This document shows positions 47,042-56,999 of a stretch of 64,000 nucleotides of DNA, in pieces. Position 1 is the first letter of the stretch, and every line of letters begins with the position of its first letter. The position numbers were made by a program, and so were the translations under genes. The notes beneath the pieces were generated by a model. It was not told the DNA's origin. It saw only the letters and a program-made list of their open reading frames with translations, and ran no database searches. Source of the DNA: an uncultured SAR86 cluster bacterium (GTDB lineage Bacteria > Pseudomonadota > Gammaproteobacteria > Magnimaribacterales > AG-339-G14); NCBI GenBank assembly GCA_902528485.1, contig CABZTA010000001.1:22955-86954 (forward strand). Reading direction: 5' to 3'.

Positions 47042-47699
47042 CTTTTATCAGGTGTTTTAGATAATTTTCAGCAGCTTTTTTCTCTGCTTCTTTGATGCTA
47101 GAGCCTTTGCCTGAAAAGTGTTTGTTTTGTTCAGATACTATGGAGCTTTCGAATAAGCCTTCTTTCGGTGAAGTATTCAAATATTTTGGAAGGGATAGTT
47201 GTCTTTTTTGCAAGAATTCTTGGAGCTCTGTTTTTGAATCTTTTTCCAGAGATAAATCCATTAGACCGCTCTGTTTTTCAAAAACTTCAAACAACCAATT
47301 AGAAGTTATCTCAAAATTTGAATCAAAGTAAATAGCGGCAACTATTGACTCAAAAGTATTCCCTAAAATTTCTGTTTGATGGATTTTTTTTCTACTAATT
47401 GAATTTCCTAATATTACAAATTCTTCCAATTTAAAATTTTTAGCAAGCCTTCCTAAATTTTTTCTGCTAACAACTTTTGATCTTAGCGAACTTAATTCCC
47501 CCTCACTTAAATCTTTATTATATTTAATTAGCCAGATTGAAGCGCATAGATTGATAATTGAGTCGCCTAAAAATTCATAAATTTCATTATTTTCTTGGGA
47601 AAAACTTCTATGAGTGAGTGAAAGTTTTAAAAATTCTTTATTAGAAAATTTATATGAAAGTAAATTTTCCAAAGAATCTAAATTATTTGATAAGTCCAT
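47034..47699 (-). CDS. rnc: ribonuclease III
   Basis: 221 aa with the NEIYEFLGDS RNase III signature and a C-terminal dsRBD. Confidence 0.9.
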   Translation of the reverse strand: MDLSNNLDSLENLLSYKFSNKEFLKLSLTHRSFSQENNEIYEFLGDSIINLCASIWLIKYNKDLSEGELSSLRSKVVSRKNLGRLAKNFKLEEFVILGNSISRKKIHQTEILGNTFESIVAAIYFDSNFEITSNWLFEVFEKQSGLMDLSLEKDSKTELQEFLQKRQLSLPKYLNTSPKEGLFESSIVSEQNKHFSGKGSSIKEAEKKAAENYLKHLIKDD

Positions 47700-48663
47700 T
47701 TCTAGATAATGATGGCAGACATGAAAAACACTCCCAATGCATCCAGATCAGTGAAGCTTTACCTGTAATTTCCTCTTGTGGAACTAGCCCCCATCTTCTG
47801 CTGTCAAGGCTGTTATCTCTGTTATCTCCAGCTAGAAAATAATATCCTACTGGAACATTCCAAGATCCATTCTCAGGTTTTCTAGAAAGTTTTCGAACAA
47901 CATATTTTTTACCCTCATTTATTTCCTCTATTAACTCCTCTTGATCTTTCCTATCAAGAATTTTTTGATCAAGTTTATTGCCGTTAATGATGAATTCTTT
48001 ATTTTTGTAGATAACCTCATCGCCTGGTTCAGCTATTACTCTCTTGATATATTTAACACCCTGTGGGGTGCAATTTTCAGACAGGATACTCCAGTAATAC
48101 ATTCGCTGATTTTTCTCTCTGTCTGATGAAAAAGATCCTTTGGGATTAGCAATATCAAAATCAGAGTTACATCTAGTATGTTCTGGAACAAAAATTACTA
48201 CATCGCCTCTTTTAGGTTTTCCTGTCGAGATGAAGGTATTCTGATTAACTGGGTTTCTCAATCCATATGTAAATTTTTCCACTAACAAAAAATCTCCTAT
48301 TTTCAATCCAGGATACATTGATGATGAGGGAATCTGGAAAGGTTCATATAAAAAAGAACGAAAGATAGTTATTGCCAATATGATGATGAAAAAACTCCTA
48401 CTCTCTTTGCTAGCTCTAGGAATTAACAAATATTTAGCAAGTATCCAAATCAATAAGGAGCCAAAAGTCAAAAACACCAAGACTATTCCAAAATCTAGAT
48501 TCAGTCTAAACCATGCATAAAGCGCAAAAAAAGGAAAGACAAAGGTTACTCTGTTGATTAATTTTGAGTGTCGTCCTTCGTATTTAGCTTCAGAAATCAA
48601 CCAGCCAATGATTCCTAATAAAGAAATCAGCAAAGAAAAATAAAGAATAAAATAATAATTCAT
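47683..48663 (-). CDS. lepB: signal peptidase I
   Basis: 326 aa with SSSMYPGL (catalytic Ser), YIKRV (Lys box), and GDNRDNSLDSR. Confidence 0.88.
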   Translation of the reverse strand: MNYYFILYFSLLISLLGIIGWLISEAKYEGRHSKLINRVTFVFPFFALYAWFRLNLDFGIVLVFLTFGSLLIWILAKYLLIPRASKESRSFFIIILAITIFRSFLYEPFQIPSSSMYPGLKIGDFLLVEKFTYGLRNPVNQNTFISTGKPKRGDVVIFVPEHTRCNSDFDIANPKGSFSSDREKNQRMYYWSILSENCTPQGVKYIKRVIAEPGDEVIYKNKEFIINGNKLDQKILDRKDQEELIEEINEGKKYVVRKLSRKPENGSWNVPVGYYFLAGDNRDNSLDSRRWGLVPQEEITGKASLIWMHWECFSCLPSLSRNGLIK

Positions 48664-50444
48664 TATTTATTTACTTTTAGAACTGAAAGAAAAGCTTCTT
48701 GAGGAATTTCAACTTTTCCAATATGTCTCATTTTTTTCTTCCCAGCTTTTTGTTTCTCTAAGAGTTTTTTCTTTCTAGTAACATCTCCTCCATAGAGCTT
48801 AGCAGTAACATCTTTTCTAAAAGCTTTTACTGTCTCTCGTGCAAGAATCTTTCCTCCTATTGCAGCTTGGATAGCGACATCATACATTTGTCGTGGAATA
48901 ACTTCTCTTAACGACTTAACAAGTTGCCTCCCTTTGAAATCAGATTGGGATTTATGAACCATAGAGCTTAAGGCATCAACTCTTTCTCCATTCAATAAAA
49001 TATCCATCTTTACCATTTGGCTTTCTTGAAAACGATCAAAATCATAATCAAGAGAAGCATATCCTTTACTAGTCGATTTAAGCCGATCAAAAAAATCTAA
49101 AATTATTTCATTCATCGGCAAGTCATAAACTAATTCAATTTGTCCGCCAACATACCTTAATGATTTCTGTATGCCTCTTTTTTCAACGCATAATTCAATT
49201 ACGTTTCCTACATAAGTTTCTGGAGTAAGTACTGTAGCTCTTGCAATGGGTTCACGAATCTTTTCGATAGAAGAAGGATCAGGAAATTTGCTAGGGTTTT
49301 CAACCTCTTCAATCTCTCCTCCCTTGTTTTCAATTTCATAAACAACCGTAGGTGCAGTAGCTAAAAGCTCTATGCCATATTCTCTTTTAATTCTCTCAAT
49401 CACAATTTCCATGTGAAGGGTGCCTAAGAATCCACATCTGAAACCCGAACCCAAAGCTTGGCTCTGCTCAGGATGAAAAGATAAAGCCGCATCATTAATG
49501 GCTAATTTTTCTAAAGATTCTCTGAATGATTCAAATTCTCCTGAGTCTAGAGGATATAAAGCTGCAAAAACTTGAGGATTAATCTTTTTAAATCCGGGAA
49601 GTATTTTTGTATCTTTGGGCAAACATATAGTATCTCCCACTGGAGCTCCTCTTACTTCTCTTACGCCCGCGCAAATAAATCCAACGTCCCCTTTGGAGAG
49701 TGATTTTCTATCTTCGGGCTTTGGAGTGAATACACCAATTTTTTCAACCGTATGAACTTGATTATTTGAGCTAATTTTTACTTTTTGACCTAAGTCTATT
49801 GATCCAGAAAAAATCCTTATCAAAGACACTACCCCAAGGTACTGATCAAACCATGAGTCAATTATAAGAGCTTGAAGAGAATTGTCAGAATCATCTGGAG
49901 ACGGAACATGAACTACTAGCTGTTCAAGAAGATTATCAATACCTTGACCATTCTTTGCACTGATTTCAGGACAATCAGAAGCATCTATTCCAATAATTTC
50001 TTCAATTTCTTTCCTAACTTTATCTGGATCAGCTTGGGGAAGATCAATTTTATTCAATACCGGAAAAATATTAACACCTTGCTCTATTGCGGTATAACAA
50101 GTTGAGACTGTCTGAGCTTCAACTCCTTGAGATGCATCAACAAGAAGAATTGCTCCTTCGCATGCTGCCAGAGATCTAGAAACTTCATAAGAAAAATCTA
50201 CGTGGCCGGGAGTATCAATTAGATTTAATTGATAATTTGTTCCTTCTTTATTTGAGTATTCCAGAAAAACAGATTGGGCCTTGATAGTAATGCCCCTTTC
50301 TCTTTCTAGCTCAAGAGAATCTAAGACTTGCTCTTTCATCTCTCTGGAAGATAAGCCTCCACAATGTTCTATAAGTCTATCAGCTAGAGTAGATTTACCA
50401 TGATCAATGTGAGCTATGATCGAAAAATTTCTTATGTTGTCCAT
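48663..50444 (-). CDS. lepA: translation elongation factor 4
   Basis: [25 protein letters not shown], and the LepA C-terminal domain are present. The internal Met at 50444 is preferred to the 10-codon-longer ORF start at 50474. Confidence 0.92.
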   Translation of the reverse strand: MDNIRNFSIIAHIDHGKSTLADRLIEHCGGLSSREMKEQVLDSLELERERGITIKAQSVFLEYSNKEGTNYQLNLIDTPGHVDFSYEVSRSLAACEGAILLVDASQGVEAQTVSTCYTAIEQGVNIFPVLNKIDLPQADPDKVRKEIEEIIGIDASDCPEISAKNGQGIDNLLEQLVVHVPSPDDSDNSLQALIIDSWFDQYLGVVSLIRIFSGSIDLGQKVKISSNNQVHTVEKIGVFTPKPEDRKSLSKGDVGFICAGVREVRGAPVGDTICLPKDTKILPGFKKINPQVFAALYPLDSGEFESFRESLEKLAINDAALSFHPEQSQALGSGFRCGFLGTLHMEIVIERIKREYGIELLATAPTVVYEIENKGGEIEEVENPSKFPDPSSIEKIREPIARATVLTPETYVGNVIELCVEKRGIQKSLRYVGGQIELVYDLPMNEIILDFFDRLKSTSKGYASLDYDFDRFQESQMVKMDILLNGERVDALSSMVHKSQSDFKGRQLVKSLREVIPRQMYDVAIQAAIGGKILARETVKAFRKDVTAKLYGGDVTRKKKLLEKQKAGKKKMRHIGKVEIPQEAFLSVLKVNK

Positions 50445-50481
50445 TTTTTGGTGCTTTTTAAAAAAGCTGGACAATTATCCC

Positions 50482-51900
50482 TTATTTTTTAATTTTTATC
50501 GTAACAAATGCACCATTTTTGTTTCTTACAAACCTTAAAGGAATGACATTTTCATTATTCAAATCTTCAAGAGCATTTTCATATTCAGTTTTGGACGAAA
50601 CGTTAGTCATTCCAATTCTGGTGATCACGTCTCCTCTTCTAAGTCCTGCATCAAATGCAGGCCCAGAAACTACCCTGCTGACCACTACGCCTTCTTTGAC
50701 ACCAAAATTTTCTTTTACCTTTTCAACGTCTGCATTTCTTCTTTCAGCAATATCTTCAAAGTCTTCAACCATCATGCCAAGTCTGTTTCTGTTAGGAGCA
50801 GAGGCAATTGGATTGGTATCTTCCTCAAGTTCTTCTAGCTCTCCTACAGTCACTCTGATAGATTTCTTTCTGCCATCTCTGTAAACAGTGGCTTTCACGT
50901 CCTCTCCAGGCGAGATTCTTCCAACAACCATTGGCAGGTCGCCTGAGTAGATAATTTCATTTCCATCAAAATCTACAATTACGTCGCCATCTTTTAAGCC
51001 AGAGGATTCAGCAGGACTATCGGTTAAAACGCTTCCAATTAAAGCCCCCCTGGGAATATCTAATCCAAAAGAATCTGCTAAATCTTTTGTAACTTCTTGA
51101 ACACTTACTCCTAACCACCCTCTTTTAACAAAGCCATCCTCTCTTAATTGATCAATAATTTCTTGGGCATAGTTGATAGGAATTGTGAAAGAGATGCCCA
51201 TGTATCCACCTCTATTGGAGTAAATCATTGCATTGATACCAATAACTTCACCATCTAAATTGAATAAAGGACCTCCTGAATTACCTGGATTAATTGCAAC
51301 ATCAGATTGCAAAAAAGGAATATAAGAAGTTCCTTGTCCAGGAACACTTCTAGCTTTAGCGCTAATAATGCCTGCTGTTACAGAAAAATTTAGTCTATAG
51401 GGAGATCCAATAGCTAGCACCCAATCACCAACATCTACATCATCAGAATTTCCAAGATCTAAAAATGGTAAAGATTCTTTTGAAGAAATCTTTAATAAAG
51501 CAACATCGGATTTTTTATCACTACCAATGAGTTCAGCAATGAATTCTCGCCTATCATTTAGGCTGACAAAAATCTGTGAAGCATCTTCTACGACATGATG
51601 ATTCGTTACAATGTAACCGTCTTTTGAAATAATGAAACCAGAACCGCCAGATCTGACTTCTCTCTCCTGCTCTCTTCGAGGTTCATCTTCAAATGGAGAA
51701 GGGAAATTAAAAAAATCATCGAAAGGATTTTGTCTTCTATTGAAGGGACTCATTCTATTCTGAGTACTAATTGTTTTGATAACGCTTACATTCACTACAG
51801 CGGGAGCTGCTTCATCTACTAAGTCAGAAAAATCTGGATAATCAGCTGTTGCAAAAACGCTTAGAAGAAGAAAAGACAGTGATATTAAAAATTTTTTCAT
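50482..51900 (-). CDS. degP: HtrA/DegP/MucD-family periplasmic serine endoprotease
   Basis: 472 aa with signal peptide, catalytic GNSGGPL, and two PDZ domains. Confidence 0.88.
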   Translation of the reverse strand: MKKFLISLSFLLLSVFATADYPDFSDLVDEAAPAVVNVSVIKTISTQNRMSPFNRRQNPFDDFFNFPSPFEDEPRREQEREVRSGGSGFIISKDGYIVTNHHVVEDASQIFVSLNDRREFIAELIGSDKKSDVALLKISSKESLPFLDLGNSDDVDVGDWVLAIGSPYRLNFSVTAGIISAKARSVPGQGTSYIPFLQSDVAINPGNSGGPLFNLDGEVIGINAMIYSNRGGYMGISFTIPINYAQEIIDQLREDGFVKRGWLGVSVQEVTKDLADSFGLDIPRGALIGSVLTDSPAESSGLKDGDVIVDFDGNEIIYSGDLPMVVGRISPGEDVKATVYRDGRKKSIRVTVGELEELEEDTNPIASAPNRNRLGMMVEDFEDIAERRNADVEKVKENFGVKEGVVVSRVVSGPAFDAGLRRGDVITRIGMTNVSSKTEYENALEDLNNENVIPLRFVRNKNGAFVTIKIKK

Positions 51901-51901
51901 T

Positions 51902-52603
51902 TTATTTCCTTATGTTTAAAAAAATTCTATTTGATAATTCAACCAAGCCTTGATTATTTATTTCTTCACTTGATAAGTTTATGACTACTGGTTTATTGTT
52001 TGCCAATGAATGTACTGTAATCCCAGAAGAAGATAACTTAATTCTATCTTCAATTGAAAGATCTCTGAATAAAACTCTAAGCTTAAAACTCCTGTTTGAA
52101 TCGTTTTCTACGTAATTTGCGATTATGTCACCATCTTCTATAAATTCTATTTTCTTAAGGCTGCCTTTCAAATTATTACCAATCTCTTCTAAATAACTTT
52201 CATTTGATGATACCGGGGTATTTCCAATGGACAGTGCAGGTATAACCGAAGTTGACTTAAACGACTCTTTTTCTTGGATCATTAAGGGTTGAAAAACAAG
52301 GCCCAGTGATAATAAAACACCAAATGCAAAGCCGTAATATTTCAATTGTTTGGATTTTTCATCTTTTGAAAGTTTTATTTGCTTGATACTGGAAGAATCT
52401 AACTCTTCAATAACTGTTGAAGAAATGTTTCTCGGAGAGAAATCTATTTCAGCAGTCAGTAAAGATTTAGTCTTATTCATTCTTATCCAAAGATTCTTAA
52501 TCTCAGGACTTCTGTTTATTTCTTCAATGAGCCGTCTAGTCTCAAATTCAGATGTTTCTCCGTCAAGTAGAGCAGACAGTCTATGTTCTATGCTATCTTC
52601 CAT
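51902..52603 (-). CDS. rseA: anti-sigma-E factor (RseA/MucA-like)
   Basis: 233 aa. The N-terminal LSALLDGETSEFE matches the RseA N-domain, with a central TM segment. It overlaps the rpoE stop. Confidence 0.65.
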   Translation of the reverse strand: MEDSIEHRLSALLDGETSEFETRRLIEEINRSPEIKNLWIRMNKTKSLLTAEIDFSPRNISSTVIEELDSSSIKQIKLSKDEKSKQLKYYGFAFGVLLSLGLVFQPLMIQEKESFKSTSVIPALSIGNTPVSSNESYLEEIGNNLKGSLKKIEFIEDGDIIANYVENDSNRSFKLRVLFRDLSIEDRIKLSSSGITVHSLANNKPVVINLSSEEINNQGLVELSNRIFLNIRK

Positions 52604-53174
52604 TGTTGCTTTTAGCCTCGTTGTTCATAGAATTTTGCATTTCGTCTAATAATTTCCTTCCTCTAAATATTCTTGACCTCACTGTGCCAACAGGACAATT
52701 GCATATTTTTGCAATCTCCTCGTAGTTCAGACCATTGAATTCTCTCAGAGTTATGGCAGATTTAATCTCTTCTGGCATATCATTAAGACATTGAAACAGC
52801 CTATCCCTTAGAGTATTTGCGACAAAAATTGATTCTGGGCTTGGTGAATCCATGCCTATTTGAGTAAGAATGTTTTCATCTATTTCAGACTCAATTATTT
52901 CGTTTTTGTTGTATTTACTAGAAAGGTAATTCTTTGCTGTATTTACTGCAATTCGGTAAAGCCAAGTAAAAAAAGCACTATCTTCATTGAAACCGCCAAT
53001 ATTAATGTAAGCCTTAATAAATGCTTCCTGCGCTATATCTTCAGAAAAAGTAGGATTTTTGAAAAGTTTATTTAATGAACCCATTAACTTATCTTGATGT
53101 TTAATGACGAGCACCTCAAAAGCATTTTTATTGCCTTCCTTGCTAAGTTTGATCAATGTTTTTTCTGAATTCAC
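52593..53174 (-). CDS. rpoE: RNA polymerase sigma-E (ECF) factor
   Basis: 193 aa, GTG start. Region 2 (AFEVLVIKHQDKL, DIAQEAFIKAY, FFTWLYRIAVN) and region 4 (YEEIAKICNCPVGTVRSRIFRGR) are present. Confidence 0.88.
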   Translation of the reverse strand: MNSEKTLIKLSKEGNKNAFEVLVIKHQDKLMGSLNKLFKNPTFSEDIAQEAFIKAYINIGGFNEDSAFFTWLYRIAVNTAKNYLSSKYNKNEIIESEIDENILTQIGMDSPSPESIFVANTLRDRLFQCLNDMPEEIKSAITLREFNGLNYEEIAKICNCPVGTVRSRIFRGRKLLDEMQNSMNNEAKSNNGR

Positions 53175-53204
53175 TTTAATTTGACAATTTTTTTGTTAAA
53201 AAGT

Positions 53205-53444
53205 TTAACAATCACTTAAAATTTTTTTAATAATAGCTCTATGAGCATCTTTAGGAGTCTCAGTCTTATAAATTAACAAATCTGCCAAATCGTTATCTTC
53301 CATGTCTAGTATTTCTATAAGCGCTCTTAAGCTATCTTCCTCTAAATTAGATAAATGTTTTTCCAAGAATCTTTTTAAAAGAATATCAAGCTCCTGAAGA
53401 CCTCTTCTTGACCTAAAATTTATTTCGTTCCTTAGTGATTCCAT
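53205..53444 (-). CDS. sdhE: FAD assembly factor SdhE (YgfY/DUF339)
   Basis: 79 aa with SRRGLQELDILL (the RGxxExD motif). Confidence 0.8.
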   Translation of the reverse strand: MESLRNEINFRSRRGLQELDILLKRFLEKHLSNLEEDSLRALIEILDMEDNDLADLLIYKTETPKDAHRAIIKKILSDC

Positions 53445-53463
53445 AATTTGTTAAAATTCAACT

Positions 53464-54144
53464 GTGCTCATATCAAAATATCACAAAATTATAGTTGTTG
53501 AAGGAAAAGACTCAATTGATTTCTTGCAGGGTCAGATTTCAACAGACGTATCAAAACAAGAAATTGCACAAATCGATCGTTCAGCCATTTGTAACTTAAA
53601 AGGGAGAGTTATAGCTAGTTTTTTATGTAAAAAAATCAGTAATGACCAATTTAATTTAATCACTCATCAATCTGTTGTGAAAAAACTAATGGATACCTTA
53701 AAAAAGTATGCTGTTTTCTCCAAGGTATCAATTAATGAAGGTGACGATGATGTGGGCGATTATGTCGATGATGAAGCTTGGAAAAACTCAATAATCGATA
53801 ACTTTGATCCTGAAATATACTCAGAGAACTCTGAAAAATATACTCCTCAAGAATTAGGATACGATAAAAATGGAAGAATTGACTATAAAAAAGGATGTTT
53901 TACCGGACAAGAAATCATTGCAAGAATGCATTATAGATCGCCTGGCAATTTTTCCATTGCTCGAGTAGAAGTTGATGATCCAAACAAATCATTTGATCAA
54001 GTATTTACCGTAAATGATAAAAAGGTTGGAAATATCATTGAATATGTAAATGGCAAATACTTGGTAAGCGGAAAAACAAAAAATTTTGATTCTTTAAAAG
54101 ACAATATAGAAAATACAGGCATTCAGTCCATAGAATTAAACTAG
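53464..54144 (+). CDS. ygfZ: folate-binding tRNA-modification protein YgfZ
   Basis: 226 aa, GTG start, with FLQGQISTDV and the KGCFTGQEIIARMHYR signature. Divergent from sdhE, as in E. coli. Confidence 0.75.
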   Translation: MLISKYHKIIVVEGKDSIDFLQGQISTDVSKQEIAQIDRSAICNLKGRVIASFLCKKISNDQFNLITHQSVVKKLMDTLKKYAVFSKVSINEGDDDVGDYVDDEAWKNSIIDNFDPEIYSENSEKYTPQELGYDKNGRIDYKKGCFTGQEIIARMHYRSPGNFSIARVEVDDPNKSFDQVFTVNDKKVGNIIEYVNGKYLVSGKTKNFDSLKDNIENTGIQSIELN

Positions 54145-54813
54145 TTGCCAATTAATTGGCTTCTTCCCCTTATCGATGAGGTAATCATTTGTTCTGCTAA
54201 ATGGCTTTGATCCAAAGAATCCTTTTTCAGCAGAAAATGGTGAAGGATGAGCTGACTCAATAACTAAGTTTTCTTGGATATTTATTAGAGTTTTTTTAAG
54301 TTGTGCATTTTTACCCCAAAGAATATAAACCATATCCTTTTTATTACCCAAAACCTCGATTACTTTGTCAGTAAAGAATTTCCATCCAATATTTTGATGT
54401 GAGTTTGGATTATTTGACTCTACTGTAAGAGAGCTGTTGAGGAGCAAAACTCCCTCTAAAGCCCAAGAAGTCAAATTACCCGAATAAGGTATCCTAATCT
54501 TTAAATCAGAGTTCAATTCTTTAAATATATTTTTGAGCGAAGGCGGTATAGAGATATTATTTTTTACAGAAAAGCTCAGACCGTGTGCTTGATTTGCTCC
54601 ATGATAGGGATCCTGACCCAGAATAACAACTTTAGTGTTTTCGTAAGGAGTAAGATTAAAACAATTAAATATTTCTTTACCAGGCGGAAAGATAGTTTTT
54701 CTCTGACTAATTTGATTTCTTAAGAATTCTTTAATTTCTATCATGTATGTCTTACTAAATTCTTCTTCAAGATGATTGAGCCATGATTTAGTAAGGTTAA
54801 TTTTTAAGGACAT
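54136..54813 (-). CDS. ung: uracil-DNA glycosylase
   Basis: 225 aa with VILGQDPYHG, GVLLLN, and HPSPFSA motifs. Confidence 0.93.
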   Translation of the reverse strand: MSLKINLTKSWLNHLEEEFSKTYMIEIKEFLRNQISQRKTIFPPGKEIFNCFNLTPYENTKVVILGQDPYHGANQAHGLSFSVKNNISIPPSLKNIFKELNSDLKIRIPYSGNLTSWALEGVLLLNSSLTVESNNPNSHQNIGWKFFTDKVIEVLGNKKDMVYILWGKNAQLKKTLINIQENLVIESAHPSPFSAEKGFFGSKPFSRTNDYLIDKGKKPINWQLV

Positions 54814-54837
54814 TTACAACTAGAATATCAAAAAATT

Positions 54838-54872
54838 TTATCCACAGAAACTGTGGATAAGTCTTTGGATAA
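54838..54872. promoter_or_regulatory. cluster of three DnaA boxes (two perfect, inverted)
   Basis: TTATCCACA (54838-54846), gaaac, TGTGGATAA (54852-54860), gtc, TTTGGATAA (54864-54872, 1 mismatch). The consensus is TTATNCACA. Confidence 0.55.
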
Positions 54873-55147
54873 ATAAGTCGGGATTAAATGCATGGACTAT
54901 GAATAAAAGGTTTGAGTCAATTTGATCAAATTTTGATCAATAAAAATAATACCAATAAAATCAATAACTTATATAATTAATACAAAAGAGGAAGAAAATT
55001 TTTCAATATTTCTAAAAAAATGCACTTTTAGGTATTTACAAAGTTTTCAATGTGTGTAAGTCACATGAAAAAACATCAAAATAGTTTTAAAAAATGATTT
55101 TTTTAGGTGATAATCTTATAAATAAACAAGTAAAAAAATCAAGCATT

Positions 55148-56239
55148 ATGGAAACACTTTTTAATCCTATAAAAATTAATAACTTAGATGTCCCGAATAG
55201 ATTTGCTATGGCGCCAATGACAAGGAATAAGTCGCCCGATGGAATCCCTGGTCAAAATGTTGCTGACTATTACGAAAGAAGAGCTAAAGGTGGTGTTGGC
55301 TTAATTATCACCGAAGGAGTAGAAGTATCTCATCCTTCTTCTAGCGGGTATCCCGATGTGCCGGGTTTAAAACCCCAAGCTCATCAAGGCTGGAAGAACG
55401 TAATATCTCAAGTTCACAAATATGATTCTAAAATTTTCTGTCAACTCTGGCATGTAGGTGCAATAAGAAAACCTGGTCTGCCTCCTGAACCAAAAGTTCC
55501 AGGATTCACTCCTTCCGGCTTAGTTAGAAAAGATAAAAAGGTTGCATATGAAATGACAGCTGATGATATAGAAAATATGATCGAAATCTATGTAAGGGAT
55601 ATCGAGATTATCAAGAATTTAGGTTTTGATGGAGTTGAGTTGCATGGTGCTCATGGATATTTGATAGATCAATTTTTTTGGGAAGATACGAATCAAAGAA
55701 TAGATGGGTTTGGGGGAAATATCCAATTAAGGTCATCTTTCGCATCTGAAATAATAAAAAGGGCTAGAGCTAAGGTAGGTAAAGATTTCTGCTTAGCTAT
55801 AAGATTTTCTCAATGGAAACAACAAGACTATGAAGCAAAGTTAGCAAAAAATCAGGATGATTTAGAAACTCTTCTAAAACCGCTTGTTGATGCAGGAGTT
55901 GATGTAATTCATGCTAGCAATAGAAGATTTTGGGAACCAGAGTTTGAGGGATCTAGCCTTAATTTGGCCGGCTGGACGAAGAAAATAACAGGTTTACCGA
56001 CAATTACCGTTGGCAGTGTTGGTCTAGAGTCAGATTTCATAGGTTTTTACCAAGGTGAAGACGAAGTTAAATCAGCTCCAATTGATGATTTAGTTAAACG
56101 AATGGATGATAAGGAATTTGACATGGTTGCTGTTGGCAGAGCTTTGCTCTCTGACCCAGAATGGGTGAATAAAGTTAGAGAAGGTCGTTACGATGAAGTT
56201 ATTCCCTTTTCTAAGAAGCACGCAGAGAATTATTATTAA
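55148..56239 (+). CDS. NADH:flavin oxidoreductase (Old Yellow Enzyme family)
   Basis: PNRFAMAPMTR, GGVGLIITEG and ELHGAHGYLIDQF are present. The ATG at 55148 (METLFNPIKI...) is preferred over the upstream ATG at 55094. Confidence 0.8.
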   Translation: METLFNPIKINNLDVPNRFAMAPMTRNKSPDGIPGQNVADYYERRAKGGVGLIITEGVEVSHPSSSGYPDVPGLKPQAHQGWKNVISQVHKYDSKIFCQLWHVGAIRKPGLPPEPKVPGFTPSGLVRKDKKVAYEMTADDIENMIEIYVRDIEIIKNLGFDGVELHGAHGYLIDQFFWEDTNQRIDGFGGNIQLRSSFASEIIKRARAKVGKDFCLAIRFSQWKQQDYEAKLAKNQDDLETLLKPLVDAGVDVIHASNRRFWEPEFEGSSLNLAGWTKKITGLPTITVGSVGLESDFIGFYQGEDEVKSAPIDDLVKRMDDKEFDMVAVGRALLSDPEWVNKVREGRYDEVIPFSKKHAENYY

Positions 56240-56240
56240 T

Positions 56241-56999
56241 TTAGCGCCCTAAGTGCATACCGCCGTCTAAGATCAGGGTCTCTCCAGTTACGGTCACTGA
56301 TTCTGTCATAAAATGAAACGTGGTCTCTGCAACTTGTCTTGGTGTGCAAGTTAGGCTTAATGGGGCTATATCTTCAATGGATTTTTTTGTTAATTCATAA
56401 GCTTCATCACCTAGCCCGCCTCTCAGCCAGTCTCCTTGGATAAAACCAGGACAAATAGCATTGATTCTAATAGGGCCTAGCGCCCTAGCTAGGGATTTAG
56501 TCATATTTATTAATGCTCCTTTAGATGCAGCATATGCAACCGAGCTTCCAATCCCCATAACTCCTGCTATAGAAGCAATATTTACAACGCTTGGATTTTC
56601 AGCTTTCGTGAGATGATCTTTAGCATATTTGATCATTTGATAAGGGCCAACAGTATTAGTGGAATAAAGATCAATAAAATCATCGGAAGATAATCCTTCC
56701 AAATTATGATGGGCATTAAACTTAGTTTTCCCAGCATTATTTACCAAAGAATCAAGCCTTCCCCACTTTTCTATTGTTTTAGAAACTGTTTCCTCACAAT
56801 CTTTATCTGAAGAAACATCTGCTTGTAATACAAGTACTTCTGATCCGAGTTTTTCGCACTCTTTGGCAACATTCCTTGCGTCATCAAGCGAATTAGAACA
56901 AGTGATTGTCATATTCCAGCCTTTCTCTGCACAGAGTTTCGCTAAATCAGCTCCGACTCCTCTACTGCCGCCAGTGATGATTGCAACTTTCTTATCCAT
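56241..56999 (-). CDS. short-chain dehydrogenase/reductase (SDR)
   Basis: 252 aa with ITGGSRGVGADLA, NNAG, and YAASKGA. Confidence 0.85.
   Translation of the reverse strand: MDKKVAIITGGSRGVGADLAKLCAEKGWNMTITCSNSLDDARNVAKECEKLGSEVLVLQADVSSDKDCEETVSKTIEKWGRLDSLVNNAGKTKFNAHHNLEGLSSDDFIDLYSTNTVGPYQMIKYAKDHLTKAENPSVVNIASIAGVMGIGSSVAYAASKGALINMTKSLARALGPIRINAICPGFIQGDWLRGGLGDEAYELTKKSIEDIAPLSLTCTPRQVAETTFHFMTESVTVTGETLILDGGMHLGR

Noticed and set aside
50519-50884. 121-aa ORF with a poly-Ser run, antisense to degP
   Set aside because: It is a mirror-frame artefact of the degP coding sequence. It has a serine/leucine-rich low-complexity translation and no start context.
52350-52649. 99-aa ORF antisense to rseA/rpoE
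   Set aside because: It is embedded in two well-supported minus-strand genes and has no motifs.
54814-55093. Calling this intergenic region the chromosomal origin outright
   Set aside because: Only 3 strong and 2 weak DnaA boxes are present, with no flanking dnaA, dnaN, mnmG, mioC or rpmH. Strand bias to the right is mixed, and GC skew cannot be computed here. It is kept as a hypothesis in the findings rather than as a feature call.
55065-55097. 10-codon uORF (MKKHQNSFKK) whose TGA overlaps the ATG at 55094
   Set aside because: It has no Shine-Dalgarno and is an A-rich chance frame. The downstream gene more likely starts at 55148, which removes the coupling.
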